A stretch of DNA of 39,379 bases from Batkoa obscura (Eukaryota), in contig JASVEC010000157.1 of NCBI GenBank assembly GCA_030770535.1, forward strand, positions 1 through 39,379. Reading direction: 5' to 3'. Positions 24,898 to 37,806 of this stretch are shown in pieces. The notes beneath the pieces are model-generated. The model had not been told where the DNA came from and did not search any database. It was given only the letters and a program-made list of their open reading frames with translations. The position numbers and the translations under genes were made by a program. Position 1 is the first letter of the stretch, and every line of letters begins with the position of its first letter.

Positions 24898-26102
24898 CTT
24901 ATTGATGAGGAAACAATGTCTCTTTGAGTACTGACCTACCCTTATTCGCTCTCTAGAACTTAGCTTCATTCAAATTAAGTTTCTCATTTTTGATTGGATT
25001 ATAAGATTTATGCAGCAAATAAAGAATAAAGAAATCATTTTAATTCAAAGCTAAGCCAATTAAATATGCTTCTATTTCATGGAATAATTTAATAATTAGT
25101 TGAATACATCTATTAGAAATCTGTCAATGGCCTAATTAGCTGTTTATTTAAGAATATTTTTTTACTAAAGTTTAATTTTTTGGTTAAAAAAGCCATATGA
25201 ATAAATAGCTAGATCTAAAAATTACTGCAATTTAAGTTACAATACAGTTATAACAGCTACATTGCCAACAAAACTGAACCTTACAGCTAAATTTCACTTT
25301 CCTGTATAAGTAACATCAGAAAGCACCTTACATTTATCTACTGCTAATGATTTACTGCTATTAAAAGTGTTTGAATATTTGTCAAGTCTAACTTTCAAAG
25401 TTTGTGGCAATATATTACGGATTGACTGTTAATTGTTAACATATAAGTCAATAAAGCGACTTGAAGATGTATAAGCTTTTGAGAATAAGTGTAAGTCCTT
25501 ATGGTAAATAGTGTACATAAACTTTTAAGCAACGATATGGTTAGTGATGAATGTTTTAATATATTGAAAGCACTAGTAACTACTGTGAATTAAATTTCAT
25601 TCATCAAATATGATATGATATTGAATTTTATTCTAAGGCTTATTTTAAGTTTTGATGTTTTTTTACTTGGATTTCAAGTCAATTTTTAGGAATTTTTAGG
25701 AATTTTTTGTTTAGCACAAAATTTTATTCTTAAAAATTATATCATAGCAAATATTGACTTTAAAGATACAGTATATAAATAATATCTCGCCGAAAAAGTG
25801 CTTAGATATAAAGCTGATAGTGATCTGATATATACTATATGGTAGATAGTACCAAATTCATTCATCTATAAGTTGTAAATGTTACTCTAAGAAATATTTA
25901 CCTCAAAACCCTCATATAATTTACTAAATAAATTTTAACCACTTTAGCTATCAAATGGGTATTTGTCAACTTGACATAAAGTTGAAACATTTTGTTTAAT
26001 TGGTTGAAATTTAGCAATAATTATTTTCACTAATATTAAAGTACAGAATATTCATATCTTTAATTTTTATTATTAGACAATCTCATTAATCCTATCAATT
26101 CA

Positions 26103-27158
26103 ATGTCTTCCAACTCGATTAAAATCTTTGCTGGTAACTCACACCCCGAATTAGCAAACCTCATTGCAAAGTTAGTTTACCATTAATTTCTTAATAAAAA
26201 TTAAAACTTATTTTATAGACGCATTGGTGTTCAAGTAGCAAAATCTAATGTACGCAAGTTTTCAAACCAAGAAACTTCAGTAACCATTGGTGAGTCGGTA
26301 CGTGATGAAGATGTTTTTATTATTCAATCTGGATGTGGTGAGATCAATGATAATCTTATGGAACTTTTGATCATGATTAACGCTTGTAAAACGGCTTCTG
26401 CTCGTCGTATCACAGCCGTCATTCCTTGTTTCCCTTATGCAAGACAAGATAAAAAGGATAAGTCCCGCGCACCTATATCTGCAAAGCTCATTGCTAATAT
26501 GCTTACTGTTGCTGGGGCTAACCATGTAATTACTATGGACCTTCACGCTTCCCAAATCCAAGGTTTTTTTAACATCCCTGTCGATAACCTTTATGCTGAA
26601 CCTTCAACTCTTAAATACATTAGAGAAAACATTCCTGAGTGGAAAAACGCCATTATTGTATCCCCGGATGCTGGTGGTGCTAAAAGGTATAATAGCATTT
26701 AATTATTTATACAAAATATAATTTTTGATAGAGCTACTGCCATTGCTGATCGTCTAGACTTAGATTTCGCTCTTATCCATAAGGAGCGTAAGAAGGCTAA
26801 CGAAGTATCTCGTATGGTTTTGGTTGGAGATGTTAAAGATAAAATTGCTATTCTCGTTGACGATATGGCAGATACTTGTGGTACTTTAGGATTGGCAGCC
26901 AAAACTTTAGTTGAAAATGGAGCTAAAGAAGTTTATGCCATTGTTACCCATGGTATATTATCTGGAAAAGCAATCAAGGTAATTAACGATTCAATGTTAA
27001 CTAAAGTAGTAGTTACCAACACTATTCCACATGAGGATAAATTAGAGATTTGTCCTAAACTTGATTTTATTGATATTTCTGCTACTTTGGCCGAAGCTAT
27101 TCGTCGTACTCACAATGGAGAGTCCATCTCTTATCTCTTCTCTCATGTACCAGAATAA
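26103..27158 (+). CDS. PRS: Ribose-phosphate pyrophosphokinase (PRPP synthetase, PRS2/3/4-type); 3 exons (26103-26170, 26219-26686, 26732-27158)
   Basis: [53 protein letters not shown]. Confidence 0.97.
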
Positions 27159-27942
27159 TTGATCTTATTTCATTTACATTATTGTTTATAGATATAAAAT
27201 ACTAAAATTAATCGATATTATTATTTGAAAGTATGCTTAAATTAATCAGATGGACTAATTAAATGTTATCTCTGACTATGTTTATGATTAGTTTAAGTTC
27301 CAATAGATAGTAAGTTAATTAGATAATCTATTATATTATTGAGCTATGGTTTTGTTATATGAATTAAATTCATTAAAAACTAGCATCATATGTTCCTCAA
27401 ATATACTATGTATTTTTTAATATAAAAATTATATTAAATAAGACAAATAGCAATATATAATTGCTAAAAACTTCTATTTATTCGAAATTCTTGAAAGATT
27501 GACATCAGGTGTCTTATTTAGTCAAGATAAAAACGAGTTCTAAAGTCAAATAATAATAGGAAGGTTTCTGAACAAACTGATTTAAGGTAATTTAGAAAGT
27601 AGTTTGAAGCGAAACTAGGAAATTATTAGCTGTGGAAGCTTTTCAAAATAATTCCCGAAATCTCAACTATAAAAACTATAACCTATTTAATCTTGTATTG
27701 TTATAAAACAATACATAAAATCAGTGTTTATGTAGTAATCAGAGGGTATAACTTGAAAAATATTTCTTGTTTCTTTTTCAAATATGCTTTAAGGCAATAT
27801 TAACTATAACAAAAGTTCAAAATTTAAAAAATCATAGAGAAATTAGAATATATTATAAAGCTTTTATTTCACTTGAAAAAGTTTTTAATATTTACGTTTT
27901 AAGCATTTAAAATTTGAATAATAAACTGAGTTAAATATTACT

Positions 27943-28047
27943 ATATGGGGATAATTTTTTTGATTTCATTACTTTTTCCACCTTTTAAGCACTATTTGAG
28001 CCGAAACATTGTTAATAAAATTCGTAAACAAAAATACATCCCCATAT
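27943..28047 (+). mobile_element. MITE copy 8
   Basis: atatggggataattttttt...aagcactatttgagccgaaacattg...aaaatacatccccatat. Confidence 0.9.
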
Positions 28048-28700
28048 AGTAATATATATAAAACTACTTATTATATTATTTAAATATCTTAAAAAGTCAA
28101 AAGATAACTAATATAGCGGATGTTTAAAATAAGTTAAAAATACTCTATTGCTAATAATTGTAATAAATTAAGTTTTAATCTATCATAGTTATATCTGCTA
28201 TGCTTTAAAATAATATCTAATTAATCTTAACTAGAAATTTTTTTATCTAAATTTAAAACTGAACTAAAATTTCGAAGTTTCTAAAAATCAATAAACTTAC
28301 CTATTAATTTCTATTACTAATTAAAAAAATTTCCAATGATAGAACAATTTAATTTTTTGTTTATATTTATAGAAATTTTTGTTTTTTAATTATAAAAACG
28401 TTATTTTTGTATTTAAATGTTTGTATTTGATAATCATAATATAAAAACATAACTCTTATTATATTATATATATATAATATTTTAATATAAAATGTTTAAA
28501 TTGACTCCATATTTCTATCTAGCTTTTAGAAGTTTTATGTTTTAGAAAGTTTGCTTAAAATTTTATAAAAACAATTTTTTATTATTAAAAAACAAAAATA
28601 TTGAATAGTTCTAAATTATTTTATTATAATTTATATTACAAGTTGGCACAATTTTTACTAAATTTAATAGAAATCGCTATATTAGTAAATATTTTACCAA

Positions 28701-28807
28701 TATAAGGGGGTGTTTTTTTTGGCTTCATTACTTTTTCTATCTTTTAAGCACTATTTGAGTGGAAAAGTTGATAGTAAAATTCTTAAACACAAAAATACAT
28801 CCCCATA
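28701..28807 (+). mobile_element. MITE copy 9
   Basis: ataagggggtgttttttttggcttcatt...gagtggaaaagttgatag...aaaaatacatccccata. Confidence 0.9.
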
Positions 28808-28837
28808 ACTCATATATTAATGTTAATCAAAATTATA

Positions 28838-28941
28838 ATATAGGAATGTATTTTTATGTTTAAGAATTTCACTAACAATGTTTCGGCTCAAATAGCGCTT
28901 AAAAGATGGAAAAAACAATGAAAAAAAACACTCCCACATAT
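28838..28941 (-). mobile_element. MITE copy 10 (inverted relative to copy 9)
   Basis: atataggaatgtattttt...tgtttcggctcaaatagcgctt...aaaaaaacactccc. Confidence 0.88.
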
Positions 28942-29125
28942 AAATAGGTATATATATTTATAAAGCTTTATTGAAAAATATTTATTACTGACTGCTATAT
29001 AGCTAATATTTTAGATTTGCCATTAAATAAATAAACAAATAGCTGTATACGAAGTAATAATTAGTTTTAAAATTATGATTAACTATTTTTATATAACATA
29101 AGCGATATAAGGATATAAGGATATT

Positions 29126-29559
29126 TGTTGTTTCTTATTATGATTATTTGCTTTTCAACTATTTATTAGCTTAGCTATGTGAAATCTGGTTACTCAGTGA
29201 TTGGAGTCAAAAGCAGTTATTGCTTGGTTGACTAGCTGTAAGTCGAAGGATATTAGTTTATGTGACTAAGATGGACTTGAGTTATGAATGATAGCACGTG
29301 ATATGCTACAGACTATGTAAGACAAATAGAATAGACAGTACTAATGTAAAACCTATATAAAATACTATTAAGAAAACTTAGTGGCTTTATTAAATGTACA
29401 AAATATCGGAGAACAATTCAGTTAAAAAGCCTCGAGCTACTATGTTCTAAAATCTCTTTTATACTCTGGCAATCATGAATATCAAAACGAGAAGATAATA
29501 TCCTTTGGGATGAAGCTAAGAGCATGGGATTAATTGTCTTTGAACTTGAGAACACAACA
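29126..29559. mobile_element. Possible solo LTR or TE relic
   Basis: Bounded by TGTTGTTTCT...AGAACACAACA (TG...CA ends with a short imperfect inverted repeat). It has an internal TATATAAAA and looks less AT-rich than its flanks. No matching TSD (ATATT vs ACTTA). Confidence 0.25.
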
Positions 29560-29574
29560 ACTTAAGTGATTATT

Positions 29575-29681
29575 ATATGGGGATGTATTTTTGTGTTTAA
29601 GAATTTTACTATCAACTTTTCCGCTTAAATAGTGCTTAAAAGATAGAAAAAATAATGAAGTCAAAAAAAACACTCCCATAT
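29575..29681 (-). mobile_element. MITE copy 11
   Basis: atatggggatgtatttttgtg...ccgcttaaatagtgctt...aaaaaaacactcccatat. Confidence 0.92.
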
Positions 29682-29800
29682 TATAGTCAATTATAGAGCT
29701 GATAAAGAGATATTTCACATTTTTTAGGTTTTAATTTTAATTTTGGTTTTTTTGAGATTTTATTTTATTTGTAGTATAAATTATATTATTATCAAGATAA

Positions 29801-29904
29801 CATTAAGGATGTGTTTTTATATTTGAGAATTTTACTAACAATTTTCTGCTCCAATAGTGCTCAAAAGATGGGAAAAGTGATGAAGCCAAAAAAACACCCC
29901 CATA
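29801..29904 (-). mobile_element. MITE copy 12
   Basis: attaaggatgtgttttt...ctgctccaatagtgctc...gccaaaaaaacacccccata. Confidence 0.85.
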
Positions 29905-30837
29905 CTGCTATTTTTTTAAATAAATTATTTGTTATCTGGTTAAATTTTAATAACACTAAGATAATTTTTAAAAGAAATGAAGTAAATTGATTTTATATTT
30001 CCTATTAAGATGATGTAAAATATCATTTTTAAATTATACAGAAACTAATTAGCACTTAAATTTCTTGTTCTAATAAATCACAGTTTTATAAAACAAATCA
30101 ATAAATAACTTCTCTTAAATAACCTGATTACCATCCTTTTTACCTTTCTTAAAAATCTTTATAATGACGTAAAACTTCCAATTTTTATTTTTAATAAACT
30201 AAGCTTTTCAATTAAAAAAAGGTCTTTTTTAGTACCAACAATTATGTTCTTTAATTTAGTTGCGTTTTTTAAATATAATATTATCAATTTAGCATAAACT
30301 TTTGAATTCTGAAAATAACAGATAAGCTATCGGATTTCTTCCGAAAATACAATAAATATCTTTTCCATATTGCGTTTCAACATGTACACTTGACGGTCTT
30401 TTTATTTATTTCTTTATTTACCTAAAAATGAAGTATTCAGAAGATTAAACATTATCGTCATAGGCAATAATCAATAATACACTGATATACGAAAGATACT
30501 TGGAAGTAAAAAATAACCAAAAGCTATAAAACTTAATGGGTTTATTTAAATACATTTAACCTTATGATAATTGAACTTTCAATTTAGTAATGACTATCTT
30601 TAGTGATTAGTATGATAAATTTCAATTTATTATATATTATGTATTATTTGATATTTACTTATAAAACTCAATGTTGTTGTACATTCTATTAACAATTATA
30701 CTCCGACACACATATATAGAAGGCTATTAGCAAACTATTGTAACTAACTAAATATTAATTCAATAAAAGTCAACTCAATTAGATAAATACACGAACTCAA
30801 ACAAGTTGAAAATCTTATATAATTAACATGACTCAAT

Positions 30838-32886
30838 TTAATTTTTACTTAACTCAAATAAATCTAATAAAAATTGATCTTGTAAAATAAGATGAGTTGA
30901 GCCCAATAAAGCAGTATTCTTTTCCTTAATAAACGCCTTATTAAATCTATTAATTAATTTGACTTCTGATAAAGTAACACCACCTAGTATAAAAGTTATT
31001 GTTTTTTCGTCTTTTTCTTTAGTTTGTAAAATTGAAGGTGGGTTCAAGTAGGGGAATTCGGAAAAACTGAGAGTGTTATTATATAAATTTAATAATATAG
31101 ATTTTAAGTGCAAGGTATCACAATTAATAGATTGTTCTTCTTTTAATAATTTAAAATTGATGAGATCATCGATTTTACCTTCAGTAGGTTCCATATGCCA
31201 ATCTTTAATTTTAGTTGTACTTTCATTCTCTGTTGATTCCTATAACAAAAAAATATAATCGTTACTGTAAATATAATAAAATATTAATTATTTAATTATT
31301 TACCATTATTATTGGTCCATTTTTAATATAACTGATATTAGATATTGAATTGGAATAAATATGACTTTTTATTTCAGATACTATTTCAAGACGATATCGA
31401 TCATCAAGTATAGTTGGATGATTTAATAAATATAAACTTAATACTCTTACTTTATCTTTTAATCTTATATTGTCTTGAAGCAAAATATCAATTAAATTAG
31501 TTAACAATAGATTATGTTGTTCAATTGAATCTTCTTTATTATTAGAAGTTAGTTCCTATATGTAAGATAAAAGTTGAATGATAAGGTTAATATAGAAAAA
31601 AAAGAATAATATTATAATTTACCTTTTGTAAGGGAGCTATTAGATTTAAACTTCTTTCTTTAAATACATTAATACATTTATCAGTTAATAAAGTATGATT
31701 TTTTAATAAATTGGAACTTTGTTTGACTTGAGGTAATTGTTTTACTGCATTCTTTAATTCATTCAAATTCTTCTCATCCTGTTTAATTTCTCTATAATAA
31801 TTTAGAAATTTTTATTATTAGTTTGTCTATAAAATATATATACGTTAAATCTTACCCCGTGATAAATTGTTTTGCTGCTTGATTATTTTTTAATAATTCA
31901 TTATATTGAGTTCTTATATATCTTGCTGCTTCAGTTATACTTTTTGATTTGATTTGTTGATAAATAAGATCATGATGATCTAAGTAGATTTCTTTTAATT
32001 CTCCTTTAGTATCTTCGAAACTATTAGAAATAAATTAGTATTACTTAGTTTATAGTGAAAATATCAAATAATATTACCTAGGTACTTTATTATCTTCAAA
32101 ACAAAATACATCTTTTAAATATGGCTCATAAGAAAAATTATATAAAAATGGGGGATTTAAATCAAAAGATCGATCTAATAACAATAATATAGGCCTCTCA
32201 ATATCCGATTCTTTAATATCATTGTCATTATAATATAAATTTAGTTTATTATAAATCATATCAGCTAATAAATTTGTCAATCCAGATTTCTTTTGTTTAT
32301 CCTCTTGATGATATCGAATAGTAGGAAACATATTGAAATTCATCAAGAATTGACAGATATTTTCTGCTATTAAGTCTAATGAATTTATCAACTCTTTATG
32401 TCTTGTTAAAGGTGAATATAGGTTTTGAAAAGCTATCTTTTTGTCCATTAATAAATTTAAAAAATACTTTTCTTCTGGTATGAAATTACAGTAAAACTCA
32501 TTCAATGTCACTATCTTATTTGTTTTATTTAACTGAATTAACTTTTCAAACATATCATCTTTTATTGTATCTAAAAATAATAAATGAAATTGAAAATATT
32601 TGGCTATACCGTCCACATTAATATCTTTTTTAATTAACTCTAAATTCTCTATACTTGGGTAAATAAAATAAATAGCTTCCATTGTAATGAAACTTTCTCT
32701 TTGAATTTCAATGTTTTCTATTAATGTGATAGCTTCTTCATTTAATTCTAATAAATTAAATAGACTACTAATCAGTTTTTGGCTTTTAAAATCTAATATT
32801 AATGTCTTCCATCGTTGTTTGGTTTTGATTCCTCTTATTAAGCTTAATATCTTTTGTTTATAGTGTAAGCGAATGTCAAAGCTCAT
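30838..32886 (-). CDS. Divergent Sec1/Munc18 (SM) family protein; 5 exons
   Basis: WKTLILD, MEAIYFIYP, PTIRY, LLLLDRSFDL, VKQLPQ, DKVRVLSLY, TFILGGVTLSEV, LLGSTHLI. Four GT-AG introns join the ORF fragments 32074..32886, 31292..31507 and 30838..31194, plus two short exons, in frame. Confidence 0.85.
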
Positions 32887-33635
32887 TTGAAATTTAGTAA
32901 AAATTGTTTATAAAAAACTTAAAGAAAGTATTTTTATTTATTTTTATTTAAAGTTATTTGGAACAACTAAATGTTACTAAATTAATTGGATTAATTTCGA
33001 AAAGTGATATTACCTTTTTAATTATTACAAATTACTATATATAGTAAATTTTTCAAATTGACTATTGAATTAATTTATTTGAAAATATTATTATCTTATA
33101 ACGTAATATTTATATATGTTATTATGTATTAGGTATTTCCATATGATTTTTTCATTTTTAAGAAAAAAAGATGGCAAACATGTAATTAATTATAATAAAA
33201 AATAAAATTTTATAAAAATACTTAATAAAGACTTAATTTTTAATAATAGCTTTGTCTAATATTTTTGAGTATCTTATTTAATTAATAATAATAATGATTA
33301 TTTCTATTTATTAAACTTTTCTTTAAAAATAATTGAATAAAGCAACTCCCCACTTTTTTCAATTTAAATTTTATTTTTTTTGTTTGCAATTTTTTTCAAC
33401 TATAAATAGCCAAATTAAATCAAAAATTAATTCTAGCTTCAACTTTAGACTTTATAATCAAGATTTGCCCAAAAAAGAAAGAAAATAAAGTACTCAATAT
33501 CTGATATATCATCTATTCAATTTATCTTCAAGATGATTGGTTTTTGTTAAAATTAGACTTAAATCCAAGCAATTAACAATATTTGTAAAAAAGATTCCAC
33601 TCATTTCTCAATATTTTATCATTCAATATCTATTA

Positions 33636-34462
33636 ATGGCACAAAAAAAGAATAAAAAGAAAACCCCGTTGAAATCTAAATTAATATTAACTAGTATCAA
33701 TGAAAATGAAGAACTCATCAATTCCTCTGAAGAGTCCACACCGATTAAGTTAGATGAATTAAATAGTCCAATTGAAATGGATAATGATACTGTAAGATTT
33801 ATTTAGATAGTAGATTTTTAGAAATGGGATTAATGAAATAATACAAAAAAGGATATAAAAAAGATAGGATTGAATGTTTTAGGAATCAAAAGAACTGGGG
33901 GGTTAATTTCTGATTCTCATTTAAAAGAAGAAATAACTCGAATTGAACCAGAATCAGATAATTCAGAATCAAAATCACAAGGTGAATGGAGTGTTGCAGC
34001 AGATACATTACTATTTAAATGTATAGCTAACAATAAACCAGCTGGTAATGGAAATTCGAAATTATTTACTTAATTCATAAATGAAGACATTATGAATGGA
34101 ATATTAAACTTAAAATTGTTTTAGGTTTACACAAACATTTTCGAATGGCGAATATTTGTTATTTATTTAATAAAAATAATGCGCATCCAAAAACAAATTT
34201 AGAAATTTGGGAGCGATTGAATGAATTATATGATATGCAAGCAGTGGACGAAATTGTAAGTCTATTAATTGAATCTCTTTATTTAATGGGAATATCAATA
34301 AACGAAGGTTCATTTTTTTATTTTTTTATTTTTTAGGAATTGAAAGAACCAGATGAATGGAGTTGTAAATTGGGAAATCATATTGATCTATCAAAACAAA
34401 TTGAATTTGAGTTACCGCCTCAGTTTAAGGAGTTGATGAATAAGAAATTCAAACAAAAATAA
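33636..34462 (+). CDS. EAF7: NuA4 chromatin modification subunit Eaf7/MRGBP; 4 exons (33636-33791, ~33852-34044, 34125-34255, 34337-34462)
   Basis: Spliced WSVAADTLLFKCIANNKPAGLHKHFRM, IWERLNELYDM and EFELP match the Eaf7 signature. The acceptor of the first intron is uncertain. Confidence 0.85.
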
Positions 34463-34810
34463 GAATGAAGATTAATATATATATATTGCTGAGTTAATTA
34501 TTAAAATAAAATATAAATTGTTTTTTTTATTGCAAAGGTTACTTTATGTTTGAGTAAAGTTGATGCATTGGAATCTATTATGTTATTCCTATCTAATAGT
34601 TGGACTATTTTTTTATTCATTTAGTGTGATTAGTTGATTTTTATAGAAATAATGTTTAAATTATTTATGTAATTATCTTTTTTTTGGCAATACTATAATC
34701 TCCCAACTTTATACAACTCTTCAAATTTAATAAGAATAATAGTAATGATTCGTATTAATAACAAAAATATATTATATTTCAATAATATTATTTTTTTTAC
34801 ATGTTTCAAT

Positions 34811-34915
34811 ATATGAGGATGTATTTTTGTGTCTAAGAATTTACTAGCGATTTTTCCACTCAAATAACACTTGGAAGGTGGAAAAAGTAATGAAGCCAAA
34901 AAAACATCCCCATAT
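34811..34915 (-). mobile_element. MITE copy 13
   Basis: atatgaggatgtatttttgtg...ccactcaaataacactt...gccaaaaaaacatccccatat. Confidence 0.9.
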
Positions 34916-34964
34916 AACAAAAATAAACTAGTTTAATATAATTTTATTTTTTTGCATCATCTTT

Positions 34965-36275
<1,311 letters not shown>

Positions 36276-36894
36276 AATTGTTAAAATGAAAACAAATAAA
36301 AAGATAAACAATTTTTAAAATGTTAAAAAGATCCAAGTTTTCTCAAAGTCGTCATTGATTTATGCAGTTTTTTTGAGCATTGAATACTAATTAAGACTAG
36401 AAATTTGATTCTTTGAAATGGAAATATTAAAATTTTTTAGATTTCTAAAACTTTCATATTGAAATTTAATAAACTTCATTCTAAATAAGTTATCATTATT
36501 ATCTCTGTTCATTTTTTCTGTTTTCAACTTTTTATTAACATTTATTTATTTTTATTAGAAACTAGCATTTATTAATAAAAAATATTTAATTTGATTTAAT
36601 TGAAATAAAATAGTTATTAGTGGAATTTTTGTAATAAATTATTATTTTTTATTTATATAAAATAATATGATAATTAATTTAATAGCTAATAAAATACTCA
36701 TTGATTTACAGTCTATTAAAAAATAAACAAAATAGATAAATTCATTCTAATTTTCAAAACTTATTATGTAAACTAAAAATTATTAGTAATGATTTGATTT
36801 ATGTTTATTCCTTTATAAAATTAATAAACTTTAAATCTTATATAAAAGAATCTTATCTTTAATTTTTAATTTCAAAATTATCTTTTTCCAATAT

Positions 36895-37627
36895 TCATTT
36901 TTGCTCTAATTCGACTAAGACACCACCGCAATCTTTAGGATGTAAAAAGATTACTGGTTTACCGTGAGCTCCAATTTTAGGCTTTTTATCTAATGATCGA
37001 ATATTTTGAGATGTAAGATCTTGTAATGCTTTGAATACGTCATCCACCTAAAAAATCAATTTTATTAATTACTTCTTTTTATTTGTTAATAACTAATAAT
37101 TTAATATACTCTTTATTTTAAAACTTACTTCAATACAAATATGATGAATTCCACCACTTTGATTCTTATTTAAAAAGTTTTGAATTGGTGAATTTTCTCC
37201 GTATGGATGTAACAATTCAATTTTAGTATTACCTAAATTAACAAATACAGTATAAACTCCATGATCTGGAAGTGCCTAATTATTTAGAAATTAAATGATT
37301 AATTTAATTTATTTTTTTTGATAATTGAAATTAAAATGTTAATGTTAATATTAATATAATATTACTTCTTTTGAGCTAACTTCAGCTCCTAATATATCTT
37401 TATAAAATCGAGTACTGGCTTCAATATCAGGTACCGCAATGGCTACATGATTCAATCGTCCTAATTGCCAAATCTAAATTCCTTAAATCTTACTCAAAAT
37501 TTATAACACTGTAAATTACCTTGCTTTTAACTCCATCTAATGTTTTAGCTGAATATTTACAAGTGTTTACAACTTGACAATTGAAAACATTCTTTTTTAT
37601 TATATTTTTTCCAAGTTGAAATAGCAT
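36895..37627 (-). CDS. MCEE: Methylmalonyl-CoA epimerase, mitochondrial; 4 exons (missed by the ORF track)
   Basis: WQLGRLNHVAIAVPD, LPDHGVYTVFVNLGNTKIELLHP, GGIHHICIEVDD and IGAHGKPVIFLHPKDCGGVLVELEQ match the MCEE family; basic N-terminal presequence. Confidence 0.95.
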
Positions 37628-37806
37628 TTTATATTTTATTTTTAATTAAACAAATGTTCATAAAATAAATTTTCGATCAAATTTAACTAAAACAATATGT
37701 AAATTTAATTGGCTACGTTTTATGATGAGGTCACCACCACTTATAAGAAAAAAAATTACAAATTTAAAGCATACAATAAAATTTATTTTCAAATATAAAA
37801 GATTAC

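Noticed and set aside
24902..24934. TGATGA...CTGA as a C/D box snoRNA
   Set aside because: The boxes are only about 30 nt apart, with no terminal stem and no recognisable rRNA guide.
25200..25560. Slightly GC-richer tracts (also 27480-27700 and 17860-18100) as pseudogene or TE relics
   Set aside because: The frames I translated have multiple stops and no motif I recognise.
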